Shown here: one piece after another, positions 54,425 through 64,000 of the stretch | Numbering within the stretch: position 1 is the first letter of the stretch | Layout: each line of letters begins with the position of its first letter | DNA from: Eledone cirrhosa | Lineage: Eukaryota | Assembly (NCBI GenBank): GCA_964016885.1 | Contig: OZ024743.1 | Location: 216,938,001 to 217,002,000 of the forward strand | Length of the DNA: 64,000 nt | Direction of reading: 5' to 3' | Position numbers and translations under genes: made by a program | The notes under the pieces: model-generated | Databases searched by the model: none | What the model was told of the DNA's origin: nothing | Seen by the model: only the letters and a program-made list of their open reading frames with translations

Positions 54425-54938
54425 TAAGTCTTCCACATCTAGGGTCCCCGCATTTCGTCACTTGCATTGATTCCATGTCGGTCGTAAATTTTGCCTTGGT
54501 AATTAGCTTTTTAAGGTTGGGTGCTTGGCGTCTGCTATAAATTATCTGTGTGTTTTTTAAGAGTGCATTCATTTTGGTAGATTGCTGTAGAATCGGGAGA
54601 TACTGCTTAGCAGTTTTCACAATGTTGATGTTCCCTGGGTTGTGAGTGATGACAAAAGAGATAGCAGGGTTTTCTTTTTTATGTTGTGGGTTTGGTTTTC
54701 TCAGTGTTGTTATTGGGATGTTCTTAGCCTTGGAGATGGATGCGTTGATGAGTTTCATCGGGTATTCTTGTTTTTTAAGGAATTTTTTCAGGTCACATAA
54801 TCTTTTTTCTTGTAGTACGGGGTGTGTTGCTATAGTGCAGATGCGCCTTGCCATGTTGAAGGGAATGTTCCTTTTCGTATGTGAGGGGTGTGCTGACCGG
54901 AAATTTAAGTATTGGTGTGTGTCAGTGGGTTTGCAAAA
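54425..54938 (-). mobile_element. Penelope-like element ORF fragment (RT C-terminal/thumb region and linker up to the Cys motif)
   Basis: Reads FCKPTDTHQYLNFRSAHPSHTKRNIPFNMARRIC...YP..LI...RRQAPNLKKLI...KCGDPRC: the PLE KPT..YL...S.HP, RR..NL and C-x4-C motifs in one open frame. Confidence 0.88.
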
Positions 54939-54940
54939 GC

Positions 54941-55023
54941 CCTTTCTAGATATCCTCATCATTAAAGAAGGGGAAAATATCATAACGGACCTATTTTGCA
55001 AACCCACTGATACACACCAATAC
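54941..55023 (+). mobile_element. Inverted upstream piece of the same PLE RT (PFLDILIIKEGENIITDLFCKPTDTHQY)
   Basis: FLD..KPT motif on the opposite strand; its last ~30 bp are the reverse complement of 54909-54938. Confidence 0.85.
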
Positions 55024-55383
55024 TCTCTTTCTTCCTCCTGTTTGACCTGTGTGAACTTCTTTTCTCGCTCACATCTCACCCATGTCGTATGGTCTGTATG
55101 TCTCTCTCGCCTATGAATTCACCAAGCTTAAGCTTAATAGATATCATGGACTTGTTATTCCTATCTTTCCGTTGCAATACCATCTTTGTTTGTTTACATG
55201 TCTCGCTCGCTTCACGCTATATTACTTGTCCCAATAGCTTTATTTAGCTATTGCTCGCACCAACTAGAGGTATATGATTTTTAAAGCGATGTAATACCAA
55301 TGATGTTTGGAAAATCACTGATGAAGGACTAATTTTATTAATATGTAACCCATGTGCAACCACGCAGCACTCCATTATTCTCA
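55024..55383 (+). mobile_element. Non-coding PLE-associated terminal region
   Basis: Abuts the RT fragment; its distal part is homologous to 26462-26746; ends in (TA)n. Confidence 0.55.
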
Positions 55384-56059
55384 TATATATATAATTGGAT
55401 ATATATATATATATTACTAACAATCTGTCATTGATTGCTTGCTTGTTTGTAATGTAATACAACCAAAAGAGCGCATAATGTGAAAATACTTTGAAAGGAA
55501 GTTGCCCCTGAAATGGAAATACAAATGGAATAAAACAAATTTCGCGTAACTTGGACCACGTGTTCTCGAGATATGGAGTTTTTTCTGGTACCTTCATAAA
55601 CAAAGAGAGAGAAAGATAGGGAGGGAGAGATAGTGGTTGTGACAGAGTAGATTGAAAGAGAGACATAGAGAAAGGGAGAGGAGACTAGAAGGAGCATGGA
55701 AGAGAGAGGTGGTGTTGTGTATATATATATTTGTGAGTGTGTGTTTATATGCGTGTGTATATGGGTGTGTGTGTCTATGACCAGTGTATATATATCACAG
55801 ACCCCCCCCCACATATATATATATATATATACAAACACATACATTTGTATACATATATACATACACACACGTATATATATGGGCCTTCCGGTTTCATTTC
55901 CCATTTTATACATATCTGTTAATATCTTAATTATTTAAAATTCATTTTTAAGTGAACAGGAAAAATATAAAAAAATAATATTTTGAAGTGAACGAGACGC
56001 AACGGGTCACGGGTGGTCTAGTATATATATAAAAATCTAAAGTTGTCTTAAGCGTGAAG

Positions 56060-56310
56060 GCTAATTTGGTCGGTGCTTATCCGGGTGTCATGGCGTGGAG
56101 CGACTAAGATTACAAGACATCCCCCTAGAAAGGGGGCCATTCCATCGAAGGTTTAAAGCCCCAGCTATCGCTGGTTCTCATTTTCAGCTGAGTATACTGG
56201 AGCAACGTCAAATAAAATGATTTGCTCAAGAACACAGCACGCAGCCCAGGAATCGAACTCACAATATTATGATCTTATGTCCAACACTCTTACCACTAGA
56301 CTACGTGCCT
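56060..56310 (-). mobile_element. SINE family B-like copy
   Basis: The reverse strand reads GTGAGTTCGATTCCTGGGCTGCGTGCTGTGTTCTTGAGCAAATCATTTTATTTG. Confidence 0.7.
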
Positions 56311-56342
56311 CCACACAGACACACATGTGTGTGTATGTGTGC

Positions 56343-56407
<65 letters not shown>

Positions 56408-56875
56408 TGTGTGTGCGTGCGTCTGTGTTTGTTTATGTGTATGTTTACAAACGAAAAAAAAAGGCATTGTTTTCACATCAAACAATATAACTTAGATTCA
56501 GTTTCTGAGTTCGTATGTCTACCTGCCTGCCTATATCTTTATGTCTGTATAATGTCTATCAATTTAGTCAGTGAAACTAACTCCACCACCTAATTTCTCC
56601 ACGCGTCTGGCTGTATTCTTCTCTCTTTCCATCCAGCAAATTCTCTTGATTTTTCTCTATTACCTGTTATCCATTAGCAATGTAACACGTTCATACGTAT
56701 GTGTATGTACATGTCTACATACACATCTCTGTGCTCGGATGTTGTCTGATTAATACTACACACCATATAGTAATCTAATTTTCTGTACAACTGTCTAAAA
56801 TTTCTCGTGTATGATATATATGTATATATATGTATGTATATATATATGTATATATATATATATATATATATACAT

Positions 56876-56919
<44 letters not shown>

Positions 56920-56959
56920 GCACATATATATGTATATATATATATATATATACATGCAC

Positions 56960-56992
<33 letters not shown>

Positions 56993-57037
56993 CACACCTA
57001 TGTATATATGTATATTTATATATACATATATACGTAG

Positions 57038-57096
<59 letters not shown>

Positions 57097-57258
57097 TATC
57101 ACACACGAGAAATTTTAGACAGTTGTATATATACACACACACCTATATACATATGCATATATATATATACATATACATATATATATATATTATATATTAC
57201 ACACATGCACATATATATTATACACACACATATATTATACACACACACAACCAGACAG

Positions 57259-57332
<74 letters not shown>

Positions 57333-57589
57333 AAATGCTGGATTTTACCAAGCATCCAGGGGTCCGGGTAAAATTTTTTCAATCACATATATTTTTATTT
57401 GTTTGACCCGAATTACTTGGTCGTTTCTTTGGCTTTGCGGATGATTGTTTAACCATCGTCTCAATTTGTTTGGCCTTTAACGTATGTTGTAGCTCTGGTT
57501 CATCTGAATCATTGAGCGCTTGCCACACATCTCGGAAGTTGTTTTTCGTTAATTCCTAAGCCGAAATACGATTCTCGCTAATTTATATT

Positions 57590-57640
<51 letters not shown>

Positions 57641-58057
57641 TAAACTGAACATTTATGATAAATAGTTGTTTCTACTTTAGGCACAAGGCCAGCAATTACC
57701 CGGTAGTATATCAGTACATGTGTTTGCATGTATCTCTTTCTCCTCTCTTTATCTCTCTTCCATCTGTCTCATTACTCACTAATCTTCCAAAATATCTGTT
57801 AGTATGCATTTCTCTCTTCATATATACTCTCTCTCTCTCCCCCTCTCTCTCTTTCTCGCTCTCACTCTCTCTGAAGGAAAACAATAAACTTTTTCCAGGC
57901 GTTCATACGAGTTTATCAGAGTAAGCACCCGTAGACATGTCAATGATTTTATGCCTCTAGTATTCTCTAGGTATAGGGAAATGTTGGCCTTCAAATCTGA
58001 TATAGCGCTCTTGTTCTGTGTATGGACATAAATAAATAACATATATATATACATATA

Positions 58058-58248
58058 TATGAACGAGTCAGGACTCCGACGGCTGAGCTCCGGCCGTGTC
58101 GACAGCTAAATCCAGATCTAGATGTCAAAACGGCTGGAGCTCAGCCGTCGAGGTCTTGATTTTTCCCTATTACCCACTCTACTACCGTAAGTATCGAGTA
58201 GTCTGGTGCATTATGGTTCACCTGGTATCTTACCACACTTTCTTTGTT
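58058..58248 (+). mobile_element. Family H1 copy with fold-back
   Basis: 58058-58110 is inverted relative to 58116-58170; tail to ~58248; TA-flanked. Confidence 0.78.
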
Positions 58249-58619
58249 ATATATATATATATATATATATATAGCATTTGTCTATATGTTGATTGCTTAC
58301 CTTTTCACGCGGTATCACATTTAGGGTTGAGAAAATCCAGTATTTGACTGGAATTTTATTGATGCTTGAAACGGCCGTAGATCAGCTTGGGAGGATGAAA
58401 GCATAGTTGACTTCTACGAGATTTGAGTTTAGAACGAGAAGAGCCGTAAATAAATGCTGAAAGCCATTTTCTTTGACGCTTCACACAATTTCGGCTAACC
58501 AACTATCGTTATTGATGAAAGAAAACTCAGCCCAGCAAGAGACATTAATTTAACATTAGAAAATGTATCCAATCTATTTGATGTATTATGTGTGGAAACT
58601 TCTGTTGTTCGTAACCATA

Positions 58620-58830
58620 GGACCACCTCCTTATTCGCCACCACCGGCACAGAGTTGGTTACCCGCAGGTCTGAGCCTCCCGAGCTGGGAAACACTTACT
58701 CTATTCTGTCCGCCGGAACCACGAGGCGGCTAGCAGGTGGTCTGCCATTAGATCATAATAGTGAGAGATGGGGAGAGCAGGAGAGACGGAGGCAGTGACG
58801 ATGGGAGATTGGTTCCTTTGTGTTCGAACC
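58620..58830 (+). mobile_element. CRE-type LINE 3' fragment with internal deletion
   Basis: TSLFATTGTELVTRRSEPPEL/GNTYSILSAG plus a 3' UTR homologous to 12765-12836. Confidence 0.7.
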
Positions 58831-59714
58831 TGGTGAATATGTATATGTTTCAGAGACACACACTTCCACAGTTCATTCTACTAAATAGTAATTCTTCCCG
58901 TCTGCAACAGAAACATTATGCACATTTACACGTTTATCATTTTTTTTTTTTATTATTGATATGACAGAGGCATATACCAGATAGAACAATGTTGAAAAGA
59001 AACAATAAAATAAGAGTTGCTGCTTGTTGAAATGGTTACATCTGCATCTGGATTTGTATGCCGGCTGCATAGATAACGGAGGAAAGAGTGTCTACTACAG
59101 TTTGTGCATAACGACGTTGGACATTCTCAATTATTATCAATGCGGTTCAGCACCGCTTGAAAGACCGGTGCAGTTGAACTCATTGTTATCGCCAGTCGTT
59201 AGTTTATGAAGGGATTGTCCCACTGTGCAAACTGTAAAATGTAAAATTCTTAATCTAAAATATAATATATGTCTGTCTGTTTCTCAGTTTATTCATTTCT
59301 GTCTCTGCAACTATACATTCAATTGATCGATCGATTTATCCCGACGGACAAGGACACAGACTGCGATGCAAACGAACTAAGAATTGCATTCATAGTCTTC
59401 ACAGGCTTTATATTCGTCTTTAGGTACATATCTGTATGGAATACACGTGTCTTGTTGAATGCTGTCATGTGGATGCTCTCGTGTGTATACTCTCGTATTT
59501 GAGTGTCTGTATGTATTGTGTGTGTGTGTGTGTTTGCAAATATACATTCGAATGGTATAAAATTCACACTTTTACATATCCCTCTCCTCCCTCCGACCAC
59601 ATCTATAATTGCAATGCGCTTTTCCAACGAGATTACACACCCAGTTAAGATACATATCGACACACTCACATGCACATACAGACGCACATTTAAAATAGAT
59701 TTTCGAATACTCGC

Positions 59715-59792
<78 letters not shown>

Positions 59793-61627
59793 GCGTGCGT
59801 GCATGCAAATCAAAAACTACCGTTCAAAGAATAGAGTCGTTTTTTGTTTGATATATTACGTCTATGTTAGCAAAAAACAGAGAGTAGATAGAATATTGTT
59901 GTGATTTCCACAATTCTGTAAATTGACATTATTAATCTTGAAGGTAATAAAAACAATAGTTTTACTAATTTAAAGCGGTATTATTACAATATAAAAAACT
60001 GATATACTTATTTTCTTTCCGCAAAATTCTAAATTTTATGTTATGTCTTTTTAACAAGCTGGTGAATTAGTAGAGTCATTAGAAAGTCGGGTAGAAGGAT
60101 TTATATTTGTTCCGGCTTTTACGTTTTGTTATTGAATCCAACCAAAGCTAATGTTGTATTACCCTCTTCTGTAGTGTATTAAAATAGATGCATGTTATAT
60201 ACTGGAATACATGAAATCTCCCATAAGATTGTGGTACTTGCACCAATGTAAGAACACATTTATCTCAAATGTAAGGGTTTTGTAATAGGGGTGTATTGGT
60301 ATATTTGGACATATATCTGCCCTCACAAATGGATCGAGACAAACATCTATAGATTTATATATGCCTACATATGATTTATACGTGTGTGCGGATAATGGGC
60401 ATAACATAGGAGCCTCAACGATATCCAACCATGCATATATGCCTGGGTCCATCTGTTTTTGATGAGATTAATTTACCTACACTGACGCCCATGACAGCGG
60501 CTGTGTATGAAAATTTGACTTCGATGTGGTGGAATATTTGTATTGCGTATATTCTTTCCCTCGACTTTAATTGATTTGTTCCTTCGTAATATTGGATTAG
60601 TGGTATACTCTAGTGTCTTTTATTTAGTATTCTTACTTGTAAACACACAATTTGACGGAGATGATATTTGTAGGCGCCCTTTACTCAATTGCAAACATAG
60701 ATTACCAACATATAACATATGTACTTCGCACAAGACTTGAATGGTTTTCCAAACATATCATTTTAAGCAGTTCAACAAATATCTGCACTAAATTATTGCT
60801 CGCAGAATTCTAATGGTACTATAGCTACATAAACACACATTATTGCACACATTTAAATGATATTCGCACTAACTTAAAAAACGGGCAAATTTAACGATAT
60901 TATAAGCTAAAGCATGCCCTCTGCCTTTCTGTATAAAATGTGCACCCCGTCACTCTAGACACAGCTATAATTTCTTTCTACATCATAACTATATCCTATA
61001 CACACAAATCCAAGTATAAACCTTTTTTTATGCTAATAACCTCTTTCAGATCTAAAGCCTAAACTATATTCCCTCCCCAACTTCGAATTTCCTGCAGACA
61101 TCTACCAACAGAACGTTAATATGAATATTAATCGCTCTCATCTCATTGGTTTGTTAAGTGAAATGAAAACTGTTTTCACCAATATAAGTGTAACTGGCAT
61201 TATACGAGACTACGTTGAATAGGATGTTTCCATGAAGAATAACGTACATAGAAAGGTCTTGCTCACAAATCACCTGGTTCAGGAATCGAACGTTTGACCT
61301 TATGATCGTAATGAAAATAAATTATCACTAGGCTACTCATTTTCAATAGTAAAGCTATGAAGATCTCGTCTCAGTATTTAATAGAAAACGTTTATGTAAA
61401 CTGCATACAATATCCACATGTGAGTATCGTAACCATTGGCAACAAATTGCTATTCGGCGAGTTGTGAAATATCTACAGAGATCTATAATAGAAATGTTCA
61501 ACCCATCGAGAGATTTTATATTAAATAATTAGGGTTTACAAGTATGTTAGTGATGTCAGTTACGGTGATAAACTATATGTGTTGATGTATGTTTGCTTGC
61601 TTAATTTCTGCGTGGTTTTATAAATAA

Positions 61628-61689
<62 letters not shown>

Positions 61690-64000
61690 TTGCTAGGAAT
61701 ATCTATTTGATAAACGACCTGAGGGCAAACACATGCACACAAACATAAACACACACATATACTTTGGATAAAGAAAAAATGCCCAATAAATGTAGTTTAA
61801 GCAGGAATTAGAAGTTGAGGACAGTTTTCCTTTATTTGTTCAGATGTAATATAAATAAACTGCTTCTTTCTTTTAAGAAGCTGGCGTGTGATGTGATAAA
61901 GATTTGGTTGTTATTTCTAGCAGGTCGATTTATGTGCATGCTTCCTCATTAACTTAGCTCGTATGTTTCAGCCATTACAACCAGATTGAAAATGTTGCAA
62001 AATATTTTGCTGTAAGGTTTTAAAGATCAATAACAGAACTGTGTTATGTTTCCTTATATATCCAAAACGTTTAGATTATAAGAAACAAAACAACTGTGGA
62101 TTGTAATGCAAGATATAAGGCAACCTATTGATGATTTGACGGTTTCTTTCTTTCAATTTACAATTCTTCAAATATTTTTGTATGTATTTGCTATCACTAT
62201 TTGCTTTTCCTGTTCTTTATTTCACTTGCTCTTTGTTTCTCCTTCAGCTCTCTCCCATCTTTCGTTATCTTCGACTTAACATTTTTATTATATTTATATG
62301 CATACGGTTTGTATTTCTATATTTACATCACAGAAATATAGAAATAATCTATATTTCTATATTCTATATTTTAAACAGACATATTATTCTAACACAGAAG
62401 AATCTCATTGGCGCATGTAAATATATTACTATACATGAACGCATTTATAAACTGTGAATGTGCGCATGTATATTTATATTCATATATATAAATATATATA
62501 TATATATATAAGCACACATGAATTCATTATTTGTCTTCTTGAAGAAATAAACACGAACACATGTATGTATGAAATGGACAGATGGACATATAAGATTGTG
62601 AATAGAAGAATTATCGTTCGAAAATATATTCTTAGATCCATTCATCAATTTACTGGACAGGTTCTCAAATACACAGTCACATACACATACGTAATATATA
62701 CGTTTTACCCTACGGACCTGCGTATATATAATATGTATGTATATATATATCTATATATATTTTTATAAATGGGTTTCCAGAAGACATAAACAAATATATT
62801 TGTCTGAGAAAGTATCAGAGGGAAAGGCATAATGGCAGAGAATGATAATGTGTTTGTGTGTGCTTGCGCACGCTTCTGTGGATGTATGTTTACTTGAGTG
62901 ATTGTGTGCGTGTAAATATGTATGTGATTTAGTGTGCATGTATCGTTGTATGTTTATAGAGTTTACACATATGTCAGAGTATTTGGTATATAATGATTGA
63001 TCGAGTTGATTGTGTAAATTCAGCGGTCACTTAACCCTGGCAGCATGACTTTCAAATAGAATACTAACACACGCAACTATGCACATACAAAATGTACACA
63101 ACACACGTCCAACCACTCGCATATATACGTGTAGACACGAGAACACTCATTTACTTTCCCTCACCAATACTTATACAATCAGGAAAATGTTCATGTAAAC
63201 ATAACCAAGAATATGGTGGCCGTTTAAAAGCGAAACAGCCAATCTGAACATAATCAGACGACCCTCGCTTTGATTCGCAGTTGACATGTTTGCAAACACT
63301 TTTATTCTTTTTACTGACTGTGAATTCACATATCAATTTAAATGAATCCTTCATATTGCCTTTGTTGATAATGTTAATTGGACTCGTAATGCGGCGCTCT
63401 TCGTCAACATTGAGGTGGACTACCAAACATAATGTATATCATGTTTAGTAAAACTTTTAATCTGAAAATATTTATTCGACAGTAATGACTGATAGATGAT
63501 TTTTAGCTAATTGCTTCTGTGGGTTGTTTGATAGTCACAACTATGAATATACATACATAGATTCAAACAGTCATGATCATACACATGATAGCATATACAT
63601 TATCTTCGTTTTTCAGTCATATACTCTCCTCTTCTTGTTACTGTCTCCCATCTCCCATTCACTCATTGATTTAGTTTGAATATCAGAACAAACATTTGTA
63701 TAAGCAGGGTTATCATAACTTTATGTGCTCAGATATACACACAGGCGCGCACGCACATTCTGAAACATTGATACATAGATGAACTGAAACGTCAATGCAT
63801 GTACACTAAAATATAAATATGTATGTAGATAACCATTTCCTTGAGAATTCTGTATTGAAAACACGATCTTTTAATGTAAATTTAGTATTTTTCCAAAATA
63901 TATGTCTAGATTTTGCTTTCTATTGTATCATTTAGCGTGTTGAAACAGTGAATATTTACGTTGAAGTCTCATCGCTCATTTTCAAGTTTCAAGTTTCATC

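Noticed and set aside
63151-63426. 91 aa complex-sequence ORF as a host exon
   Set aside because: No recognisable homology and no strong in-frame splice acceptor; it cannot be supported without RNA-seq or BLAST.

Overview
AT-rich, microsatellite-saturated eukaryotic DNA, intergenic or intronic. Its SINE and repeat content resembles an octopod cephalopod (inference from recalled repeat families, not verified). No host protein-coding exon is supported: nearly all ORFs in the track are translations of (TA)n, (CA)n, (GA)n or (GGT)n repeats. The real coding remnants are retrotransposon fragments: RTE-type LINE 3' ends, CRE-type (restriction-like endonuclease) LINE 3' ends and a Penelope-like (PLE) RT C-terminal fragment. 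There are also dozens of SINE-like copies from about three families, a 12 x 34 bp minisatellite and a 108 bp satellite. The most notable signal is a set of short non-coding elements of at least four unrelated sequence types. They sit in or next to (TA)n tracts, are often long fold-back palindromes, and carry hand-foldable hammerhead ribozyme cores (CUGANGA...GAAA...UH). Several have palindromic helix III and some have variant cores. Their architecture (inverted truncated copy, 3'-extended copy, partial tandem) matches Penelope pseudo-LTRs, suggesting a (TA)n-targeted, ribozyme-bearing non-autonomous retroelement system. Boundaries of degraded repeats are approximate and all folding was done by eye.
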